Source: Bacteroidales bacterium
GTDB taxonomy: Bacteria; Bacteroidota; Bacteroidia; Bacteroidales; PUMT01
Reading direction: 5' to 3'
Assembly (NCBI GenBank): GCA_007135095.1
Contig: SLJO01000170.1
Location: 465 to 64,464 of the forward strand
Length of the DNA: 64,000 bases
Shown: positions 11,140 through 18,637 of the stretch, piece by piece
Layout of the letters: every line of letters begins with the position of its first letter
Numbering within the stretch: position 1 is the first letter of the stretch
Notes under the pieces: generated by a model
Told to the model about the DNA's origin: nothing
Seen by the model: the letters and a program-made list of their open reading frames with translations, nothing else
The model's database searches: none
Program-made: the position numbers and the translations under genes

Positions 11140-11967
11140 TTAGGTAATTTTGAATCCCATGAGCAAAACATCATCAACCTGCTCATGCTTCCCCAGCCAG
11201 TTAATAAAAGTTTCCCTGAGGATATTGTGCTGTTCCTTCATATCCTTTTGATGGATGTCGATCAGTAGCTTTTTAAATGGTCTGTACTTGAATTTTTTTC
11301 CTGCCGGTCCGCCGAACTGGTCCGGAAAGCCGTCTGTAAACATATATATTACGTCATTTTTACTGATTTCAATATCACGGCTGGAAAAGGGTTCTTCACG
11401 CAGGGCATTGATACCAACAGGCATTTTGTCAGCTTTGATTTCGAGCAGAGCTTTATCCCTGACAATATAGACAGGGTTGTTAGCCCCGGCGAACTGCAGA
11501 TTAGTCATGTCATGGTTTATAATGCAAAGCGACAGATCCATGCCGTCCTTTGATTCATTGAATTCGCCGGTCTGATGGAGGGCTTTCATTACTTTTTCCC
11601 TTAACCTGTTAAGAATGTGCCCCGCCATGTCAGATGAACCGGTTTTTACAATTTCATTAAGAAATGAAATACCCAGGATGCTCATTAATGCGCCGGGAAT
11701 GCCGTGACCGGTGCAATCGGCCACTACTATATAGGTTTTCCGGTTTTTTTGTGTTATCCAGTAAAAATCGCCGCTTACAACTTGTTTAGGTACGAACAGT
11801 ATAAAATATTCACCCAGCAGCTTCTTCAAAAGCTGCCCTGAGGGAAGCAGTGCGCGTTGTATTAATTCTGCACACCGGACGCCTTCCATTATTTCCCTCT
11901 CGGTGGAATTCTCAGGATCAGGCATAAAGCTGCCTGATCGGGCATCAGAATCAGATGATTCCTGCAT
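11140..11967 (-). CDS. Stand-alone PP2C/SpoIIE-family serine phosphatase
   Basis: It carries the motifs SGDFYW, VVADCTGHGIPGALMS, MFTDGFPDQ and DDVLLMGF. Its stop lies 12 nt upstream of the ATPase start codon. Confidence 0.85.
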   Translation of the reverse strand: MQESSDSDARSGSFMPDPENSTEREIMEGVRCAELIQRALLPSGQLLKKLLGEYFILFVPKQVVSGDFYWITQKNRKTYIVVADCTGHGIPGALMSILGISFLNEIVKTGSSDMAGHILNRLREKVMKALHQTGEFNESKDGMDLSLCIINHDMTNLQFAGANNPVYIVRDKALLEIKADKMPVGINALREEPFSSRDIEISKNDVIYMFTDGFPDQFGGPAGKKFKYRPFKKLLIDIHQKDMKEQHNILRETFINWLGKHEQVDDVLLMGFKIT

Positions 11968-12254
11968 ATATGCTGGTTTCTTATTAAATTAAAATTAACC
12001 TTTCCGGAATCCGGCTGTTTATTGTGAAACGAACCATGCGTGATTTTGTTACAAACACAGGCAGAACCTGCCTTTTTGCCACGATGCAAAAAGACAAACC
12101 TGAAAAAATGGCTTTTTTCTTACCTTTAAAGACAAAATGTCGGTAGGAACCTGCAATTAAGGATTTGGTTAATTTTTTGAAGGGGGCATAATAAAATTTG
12201 GAAATGAGGGTTGTTTAGAATATTAATAATTTTAACAAATTAACACTGAAAAAA

Positions 12255-12935
12255 ATGGCTCCAATCTTTATAATATTCATAGGATTCATGCTTATTAGCT
12301 GGCTGGTTGGAAATCAGCTTAAATCCAGGTTCAGGAAGTATTCAAAGATTCCCGTTAACTATGGCATAACGGGGAAGGAAGTTGCTGAAAAAATGCTATA
12401 TGATAACGGTATCACCGATGTCAGGGTGGTTTCCGTTCCCGGTGAACTTACCGATCATTATCATCCTGGCCATAAAACAGTAAATCTCAGCCGTGATGTT
12501 TACTCCTCCAACAGCGTTGCTGCTGCCGCGGTTGCTGCCCATGAATGCGGTCATGCCGTTCAGCATGCCAGGGCATATGCATTCCTGAAAATGAGGTCTG
12601 CTCTTGTGCCGGTGGTGAGCCTGGCATCCAGGTATGTGCAATGGGTCCTGCTTGCCGGTATATTGATGGTTGAATCGTTTCCCGGAATACTGCTTACCGG
12701 GATCGTGCTGTTCGCGATGACAACTCTTTTCAGCTTTATTACCCTTCCTGTTGAAATAGATGCAAGCCAGCGCGCCCTTGCCTGGCTCAACCACAGTAAC
12801 ATCACAAACAGGTCGACCCATCCCCACGCTCAGGATGCCCTCAAATGGGCTGCATACACATATGTTGTGGCTGCGCTGGCTTCACTGGCAACACTGCTTT
12901 ATTATATTTGGATATTTATGGGCAGGCGGAGTTAA
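12255..12935 (+). CDS. YugP-family membrane zinc metallopeptidase
   Basis: It has an N-terminal TM segment, the HExxH motif AAHECGHAVQH, and C-terminal TM segments. The length is 226 aa. Confidence 0.8.
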   Translation: MAPIFIIFIGFMLISWLVGNQLKSRFRKYSKIPVNYGITGKEVAEKMLYDNGITDVRVVSVPGELTDHYHPGHKTVNLSRDVYSSNSVAAAAVAAHECGHAVQHARAYAFLKMRSALVPVVSLASRYVQWVLLAGILMVESFPGILLTGIVLFAMTTLFSFITLPVEIDASQRALAWLNHSNITNRSTHPHAQDALKWAAYTYVVAALASLATLLYYIWIFMGRRS

Positions 12936-12999
12936 TGACCGCCTGGATATTGTTATGGAAATATGACTGAGTAGTAAATATCTTTAAAAATCTTTGGTT

Positions 13000-13410
13000 A
13001 TGGGATTCAAGGATTTTTACGGTATACTGAAAATAAAGCAGGATTCGGGCATTCGGGAGATTAAGGACGCCTATCGCAGGATGGTCAATCTTCATCATCC
13101 CGACAAGCATCCGGAAAGTAATACCGATACAGCACCTTTTGTTGAGATCCAGGAGGCTTATGATACATTAAAAGATCCTGAAAAAAGGAAAGAGTATGAC
13201 AGGTTATACGACAAGGAAATAAATAAAACCCGGGAGGAATCCCGGGGCTATAAAGAACCTTCAGATAGCTTTACCCGGTGGGACGATGATCCGGATAACC
13301 TTATTGATGAAATTTTCAGCCGTTTTTTTAGCCGGTTTCCCGGCAGGGGCGGGTCAGAAAAGAGATCGGGTGGCGGGCCGGACCATATTCACTATGATGA
13401 TCTTTTATAG
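13000..13410 (+). CDS. J-domain (DnaJ-like) protein with a disordered acidic/Gly-rich tail
   Basis: It has DFYGILKI...IKDAYRRMVNLHHPDKH (HPD tripeptide) and then EAYDTLKDPEKRKEYD. There is no zinc-finger or C-terminal DnaJ domain. Confidence 0.8.
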   Translation: MGFKDFYGILKIKQDSGIREIKDAYRRMVNLHHPDKHPESNTDTAPFVEIQEAYDTLKDPEKRKEYDRLYDKEINKTREESRGYKEPSDSFTRWDDDPDNLIDEIFSRFFSRFPGRGGSEKRSGGGPDHIHYDDLL

Positions 13411-13772
13411 GGAAAGGAATTCCCGCTTACCGTATTTGGATTCACCTTTTAAAGCCTTCCTGGCCGATATCCTTTACCTCACCGGCGACCTAATGGTCTG
13501 CCGGTGCCCCTTCCTTCTATTCACTTATAATCCTGACATTCCGGGTATCGATATTAAATGATAAAATAAAAGTAAAAAAACAGCAATTTGCTGTAACATT
13601 TCTGCCGTCAGATAGTCATATATACATAATGTACAATTCCGTACACCAGTGTATCGCCTGCGTGCACATTCAAGAGACACCATTATGCGGCTATATGGCA
13701 CTGTGTCAGTAAAAAAGAATGATTGGCATGAAAGCTGATAATAATTATTAACAGAAGAAACCCTAAAATAAT

Positions 13773-14087
13773 ATGGTCATGCAAATAGATTTCAAACCCA
13801 ATGAAGTTGTCGTAAAAGCAGGTAATTCTGACCGACTTCACAATGGCATAAAAATTGATGGAAAGTTTATTGTAACAAACCAGCGTATATACTTTAAATG
13901 CCTGAACGGTAATGCCGGGAAGTATGATCTGGAAATAGTACCATCACAGATAAGTGAGGTGCATTTTTTCAACACCGGATTTTTAGCTCCCAACGGGCTG
14001 AACCTGATACTTAAGGATGGAGGAGAGTTTAAATTCAGGGTAAAACAGAGAAACTCCTTCGGAGAGCTTATAAACAGGATGTATTAG
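13773..14087 (+). CDS. Small hypothetical protein, possibly of GRAM/bacterial-PH-like fold
   Basis: The 104-aa ORF is followed by a strong terminator. The pattern KFIVTNQRIYFKC...ISEVHF is reminiscent of PH/GRAM-like domains. The fold call is weak. Confidence 0.45.
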   Translation: MVMQIDFKPNEVVVKAGNSDRLHNGIKIDGKFIVTNQRIYFKCLNGNAGKYDLEIVPSQISEVHFFNTGFLAPNGLNLILKDGGEFKFRVKQRNSFGELINRMY

Positions 14088-14146
14088 CTTAAAATCCAAT
14101 ATATAACCGGCGATTGCATGCCGGTCCTGATTATTAAAAAGTAATG

Positions 14147-14184
14147 CCCTTTCTGCAATACCATATTGCAGAAAGGGTTTTTTT
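14147..14184. terminator. Bidirectional intrinsic terminator between convergent genes
   Basis: A perfect 12-bp stem (CCCTTTCTGCAA / TTGCAGAAAGGG) has a 7-nt loop, a T7 run downstream and an A-rich run upstream. It lies between the stop at 14087 (+) and the stop at 14187 (-). Confidence 0.85.
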
Positions 14185-14186
14185 CT

Positions 14187-15227
14187 CTAAAAATCCCTGT
14201 CAGTCTCACCGGCCGGAGTTTTGGTTGACAACATACCGCAGGCAGCATAAATATCTTCCCCGCGCGACTGCCTGATGGTAGTGAAAAGTCCTTTTTTGTT
14301 AAGTGCCTCCCTGAACTGTTCCATTTTAACGCTGTCTGAACTTTTCAGAGGCACTCCGGGGACAGGGTGAAAGCGGATCAGATTAATCCTGCAGCGCATT
14401 CCACCGAGCAGTCTGACAAGTTCCCTTACATGCCTGGGGGTATCATTCATATCCCTGAACATTATATACTCGAAGGATATCCTCCTCTGTTTGCCCATAT
14501 CAATGGATTTCAGTTCCTCAATAACCTGTGCCAGTGAATAAACACTTTCAACGGGCATCAGGTGCCTGCGTTCCTCCTCGAAGGGGGAGTGCAGACTGAC
14601 AGCCAGGTGGCAATTGCTTTTTTTAAGGAATTCCCGTATTCCCGGAATGAGTCCTATTGTTGACACAGTAATCCGCCTTGGACTCATTGCGAAACCATAT
14701 TCTGAGGTTAGTATTTCCAGGCTTTTCATTAATTCCTGAAGATTATCCAGGGGTTCTCCCATTCCCATATAAACCAGGTTGGTTACATTTTCCAGTTCAG
14801 GAATTGATCTCAGCTGGTTTAATATCTCTCCTGCAGTGAGGTTCCCCTGAAAACCCTGTTTGCCGGTCATGCAGAAAAGGCAGCCCATCTTGCAGCCCAC
14901 CTGGGTTGAGAGGCACAGGGTATTCCTCCTGCTTTCGGGTATATATGCAGCTTCAACAAATTTCCCCTGACGGGTGGGAAACAGGTATTTCCTCGTGCCA
15001 TCGGCCGATTCCATAACCTTTTTGTAAGGAATGAGTCCGGTTTCATACTTTTCTGCCAGCCGCCTCCTTGTTTCTTTCGACAGGTTGGTCATCTCCTCAA
15101 TGGAAGATATGTTTTTTTTATACAGCCATTCTGCAATCTGCCTGGCCGAGAATGAGGGAATATCCAGCAGTGTGGCTATGGCCCTGAGTTCGTCATATGT
15201 TTTTCCAAAAAGGGGTTCTTTGCTCAT
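14187..15227 (-). CDS. rlmN: 23S rRNA/tRNA (adenine-C2)-methyltransferase RlmN (radical SAM)
   Basis: The radical-SAM motif is CKMGCLFCMTG. Also present are GMGEPLDN and a C-terminal conserved Cys (AACGML). The length is 346 aa. Confidence 0.9.
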   Translation of the reverse strand: MSKEPLFGKTYDELRAIATLLDIPSFSARQIAEWLYKKNISSIEEMTNLSKETRRRLAEKYETGLIPYKKVMESADGTRKYLFPTRQGKFVEAAYIPESRRNTLCLSTQVGCKMGCLFCMTGKQGFQGNLTAGEILNQLRSIPELENVTNLVYMGMGEPLDNLQELMKSLEILTSEYGFAMSPRRITVSTIGLIPGIREFLKKSNCHLAVSLHSPFEEERRHLMPVESVYSLAQVIEELKSIDMGKQRRISFEYIMFRDMNDTPRHVRELVRLLGGMRCRINLIRFHPVPGVPLKSSDSVKMEQFREALNKKGLFTTIRQSRGEDIYAACGMLSTKTPAGETDRDF

Positions 15228-15245
15228 ATAGTTTTTTGCTTTTAC

Positions 15246-15995
15246 TCAGAAATATATTTCTGAATAGATATTTTTAAAAGGTATGCCTTTTCTTATCAGG
15301 ATATCACGCACTTCAACCACCATTTCAGCCCTGCCGCAAAGATAAAAGGCCTGATCTGCCGGCAGATTTTCCTGTTCTTCAAGCCAGGCAGTCAGCCGCC
15401 CGGAATAAATGCCTTCCCTGTTTTCTCCCGGGCAGCAGCGTATATAATTTTCCTGCAAAACTGCAGCAAATTCTTCCTGGAAAAAGAACGAACCTGCAGT
15501 CCTTCCCCCATGTATCAGAATCTTATCCTTTCCCAGGCCTGAAAAAAACATTGAAGCAAAAGGGGCAATACCCGTACCCGTGGCAATCCACCAGGCTGGT
15601 TTTTCATAGCATGTGAACCACCCGAAGGGCGTTGTTACAAAGAGATTGTCTCCTTTTTTGCGCTCAGCAAGGAAGGGTGAAATAAAGCCACCGGGCTGAA
15701 TATCGAACAATATCTTTATATGTTCGTCATTTATGCCGCTTGCAATACTGTATAACCTGGCATCGGGAGCAGGCTTGAAGTGAATGCCTGTTACCTGGCC
15801 GGGATCAAAATCGAAATGGCGTTCCAGGCTGATTAAAAAAACCCCTTCTGCAATCTGCTCGTTATCAATAACTTTGGTTTTGATAAATTCGGCCGATGAG
15901 GGAAGAAGTGACGGGTTATCGCTCACAATTAATTTTTTTATGTTTTTGCCTCCTTTGTTGCAGGAATTAACGCAGTTTTCATGATAATAGTTCAT
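15246..15995 (-). CDS. Ferredoxin-NADP(+) reductase-like FAD/NAD(P)-binding oxidoreductase
   Basis: It has the FAD-binding RLYSIAS motif, the NAD(P)-binding ATGTGIAPF motif, and a C-terminal aromatic residue (SEIYF). The exact start is uncertain. Confidence 0.7.
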   Translation of the reverse strand: MNYYHENCVNSCNKGGKNIKKLIVSDNPSLLPSSAEFIKTKVIDNEQIAEGVFLISLERHFDFDPGQVTGIHFKPAPDARLYSIASGINDEHIKILFDIQPGGFISPFLAERKKGDNLFVTTPFGWFTCYEKPAWWIATGTGIAPFASMFFSGLGKDKILIHGGRTAGSFFFQEEFAAVLQENYIRCCPGENREGIYSGRLTAWLEEQENLPADQAFYLCGRAEMVVEVRDILIRKGIPFKNIYSEIYF

Positions 15996-16053
15996 CGCAG
16001 GGGTTTAATTTCAGGACACCGGCCTTGCACACCGGCTGGTTTGCAGATTCTAT

Positions 16054-16082
16054 CCCGGCGGCTCCCTGATTGGGAAGCCGGG
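16054..16082 (-). other. GC-rich stem-loop in the 5' leader of the FNR-like gene
   Basis: The structure is an 11-bp stem with a 2-nt bulge. One position is a C-A mismatch on the plus strand but a G-U pair on the minus-strand RNA. It sits inside a ~90-nt stretch of ~60% GC within otherwise AT-rich spacer. Confidence 0.3.
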
Positions 16083-16349
16083 ATGCCGGCAGTGAGCAGG
16101 CTGGCTGTAAGCCTTCGCTAACCATGGAATGCAATTAATTTAAATTGATTCTACTTAAGCAGCCTGTTTTTTCTTCCCGTATTTACCCGTATATACTTGG
16201 AAAGCCGGGAATGCCCGGGCGATTAATTCAAAGGATATATGTGCCGTTTAAAATAACTTTCAAATTCACTTACCCTGAGTTAAATAAAACTATTCCTTTA
16301 TACCTTTACGTTATATAACCGGATAGCAAAAAAGATGGGAGGGAAAGTG

Positions 16350-16637
16350 ATGAAAAAATTTTTGATCGAGGTTCCTCATAAAAACAACAAAAATGATTGC
16401 GAAAAAGCAATCCGGATTTTCCTGGATACGGGCTCTCATTTTTTAAACAAGGCAGACTGGGGCTGCACTGATGGTGAGCATAAAGCGTGGATCGTGGTGG
16501 AGGTTCCAAGGAAAGAAGATGCAAGGAACATAATACCCCCCCTGTACCGGCCCATTGCAAAAATAGTTGAATTGACAAGCTTTGACGTGGAGGAGACTGC
16601 AAAATACCATAAGGAAAGCTCTCCAAGAAGCAGGTAA
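16350..16637 (+). CDS. Small conserved Cys/His protein of unknown function (paralog A)
   Basis: The 95-aa ORF has 60/78 identical residues (hand count) with the ORF at 44246..44524. The ATG at 16350 is preceded by GGGAGGG. Confidence 0.75.
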   Translation: MKKFLIEVPHKNNKNDCEKAIRIFLDTGSHFLNKADWGCTDGEHKAWIVVEVPRKEDARNIIPPLYRPIAKIVELTSFDVEETAKYHKESSPRSR

Positions 16638-16681
16638 ATCACCACACGGAGCCCTGTCGGCAAACGGGCAGTGCGGTATGA

Positions 16682-18625
16682 CTATTTCTGGTGTTTAATG
16701 AAGACAGCGCCCAGCGGGGGTAAAACAAGCGACAAGGTAAATGGTTTGCCATGTGAGGGGTGCTCCCAGGCATCAATTTCGCCTGAATTCTTCACGTTGC
16801 TTCCACCCAGGTTTCCGTCATCACTATTGAATAATTCAACCCATTTTCCGCCCGCGGGAACACCTATGTGATAATCATGTCTTACCACGGGAGTGAAATT
16901 GCATACTACCGCAATCAGCTCATCGCCGGTATCCCCCTTTCGTATAAAGCTGATCACGCTGTTTACCGTATCGTTGATATCAATCCATTCAAAGCCTGCC
17001 GGGTCAAACTGAAGTTCATAAAATGCTTTTTCCCTTCTGTAAACATCATTGAGTTTTTGTATCGTTTTCATAATTCCCTTATGATGGCCGTATTGCAGCA
17101 AATGCCAGTCCAGGCTCCTCTCATGGGCCCACTCGGAAGTCTGGGCGAATTCACTGCCCATAAAAAGCAGTTTTCCGCCGGGATGGGCAAACATATAGCT
17201 ATAGAGAAGCCTCAGGTTGGCAAACCGCTGCCATTCATCACCGGGCATTTTCCCTATCATAGATTTCTTTCCATACACCACCTCATCATGCGAAAGAGGG
17301 AGAATGTAATTTTCACTAAAGGCGTATACAATACTGAAGGTGATCTCATTCTGGTGGTAGTGCCGGTGCACGGGATCCTTTGAAAAATAACTGAGTGTGT
17401 CATGCATCCATCCCATCATCCACTTCATGTCAAAACCCAGTCCCCCCACATATGAAGGACGCGAAACCATGGGCCATGCGGTTGATTCTTCTGCCATGTT
17501 ATATATATCGGGAAATTCTTCATGGGTGGCTTCATTGACCTGTTTTAAAAAGCTTATCGCTTCAAGGTTTTCCCTGCCCCCGTATTTGTTTTTCACCCAT
17601 TCCCCCTCTTTGCGGGAATAGTCACGGTAAAGCATGGAAGCCACAGCATCTACCCTCAATCCGTCAATATGGTAAACCTCGAGCCAGAACAGTGCATTGC
17701 TGATAAGGAAACTCTTCACTTCATTTCTCCCGTAGTTGAAGATGTAGCTGCTCCAGTCGGGATGATAGCCTTCGCGCAAATCCTGGTGCTCATAAAGGTG
17801 CGAACCGTCAAAATATGAAAGGCCGTGCTGGTCAGAGGGAAAGTGCGAGGGAACCCAGTCAAGAATAATCCCGATGCCTTCCCGGTGAAGTTCGTTTATC
17901 AGGAACATAAAATCCTGTGGGGAGCCGTACCTGCTTGTCGGGGCAAAATAACCGGTAACCTGGTACCCCCATGAACCGTAAAAAGGATGCTCGGTCACTG
18001 GCATAAATTCAACATGGGTGAACCCCAGCTCCTTAATGTATGGGGGTAACCGGGCGGCAAGTTCACGATAGGTGAGATAGCGGTTACCTTCTTCCGGACA
18101 CCTTTGCCAGGATCCGAGGTGCATTTCATATACCGAAAAAGGTCTGGGCTTACCGGCGGTTTCTTTTCTTGTTTTCAGCCATTTTCTGTCATCCCAGGCA
18201 TATTTCCTGTCCCATATCACCGAGGCTGTGCGTGGAGGCTCTTCCCACATGAATGCATAGGGATCTCCCTTTTCAACACGGTAATTATTCAGGTTGGATT
18301 CTATATGGTATTTATAAGCCTCGCCATGGCCAATATCCGGAATAAATCCCTCCCATATTCCCGACCCGTCCCACCGCGCAAAAAGCTTGTGCAAGCGGGA
18401 ATTCCAGCCGTTGAAATTTCCTATAACACTTACTTCCCTGGCATTGGGTGCCCAGACACCAAAAAAGGTGCCTTTTCGCCCCTCCACTTCAACGGGATGG
18501 GAACCAAGCTTTTCATACAATTTAAAATGCCTTCCTTCCCTGAAAAGATGAATGTCGAAATCATTCATCAGGGAGTATGTAAATACCGGGCCTTCTTTTT
18601 CTGATTTCCCTGGATTCTTTTTCAT
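16682..18625 (-). CDS. glgB: 1,4-alpha-glucan branching enzyme
   Basis: It is a 647-aa GH13 protein with GIGIILDWVPSHF, DGLRVDAVASM, EESTAWP and LSHDEVV, which are typical GlgB regions. Confidence 0.92.
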   Translation of the reverse strand: MKKNPGKSEKEGPVFTYSLMNDFDIHLFREGRHFKLYEKLGSHPVEVEGRKGTFFGVWAPNAREVSVIGNFNGWNSRLHKLFARWDGSGIWEGFIPDIGHGEAYKYHIESNLNNYRVEKGDPYAFMWEEPPRTASVIWDRKYAWDDRKWLKTRKETAGKPRPFSVYEMHLGSWQRCPEEGNRYLTYRELAARLPPYIKELGFTHVEFMPVTEHPFYGSWGYQVTGYFAPTSRYGSPQDFMFLINELHREGIGIILDWVPSHFPSDQHGLSYFDGSHLYEHQDLREGYHPDWSSYIFNYGRNEVKSFLISNALFWLEVYHIDGLRVDAVASMLYRDYSRKEGEWVKNKYGGRENLEAISFLKQVNEATHEEFPDIYNMAEESTAWPMVSRPSYVGGLGFDMKWMMGWMHDTLSYFSKDPVHRHYHQNEITFSIVYAFSENYILPLSHDEVVYGKKSMIGKMPGDEWQRFANLRLLYSYMFAHPGGKLLFMGSEFAQTSEWAHERSLDWHLLQYGHHKGIMKTIQKLNDVYRREKAFYELQFDPAGFEWIDINDTVNSVISFIRKGDTGDELIAVVCNFTPVVRHDYHIGVPAGGKWVELFNSDDGNLGGSNVKNSGEIDAWEHPSHGKPFTLSLVLPPLGAVFIKHQK

Positions 18626-18637
18626 AGGTTCCCTGGT

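Noticed and set aside
12059-12077. A 6-bp hairpin (AGGCAG-aac-CTGCCT) followed by TTTTT lies in the divergent spacer upstream of the yugP-like gene.
   Set aside because: The stem is too short to be distinguished from chance, and no upstream gene needs terminating there.
13286-13561. A 91-aa ORF overlaps the 3' end of the J-domain gene.
   Set aside because: It is out of frame with a supported CDS and has a low-complexity, unconvincing sequence.
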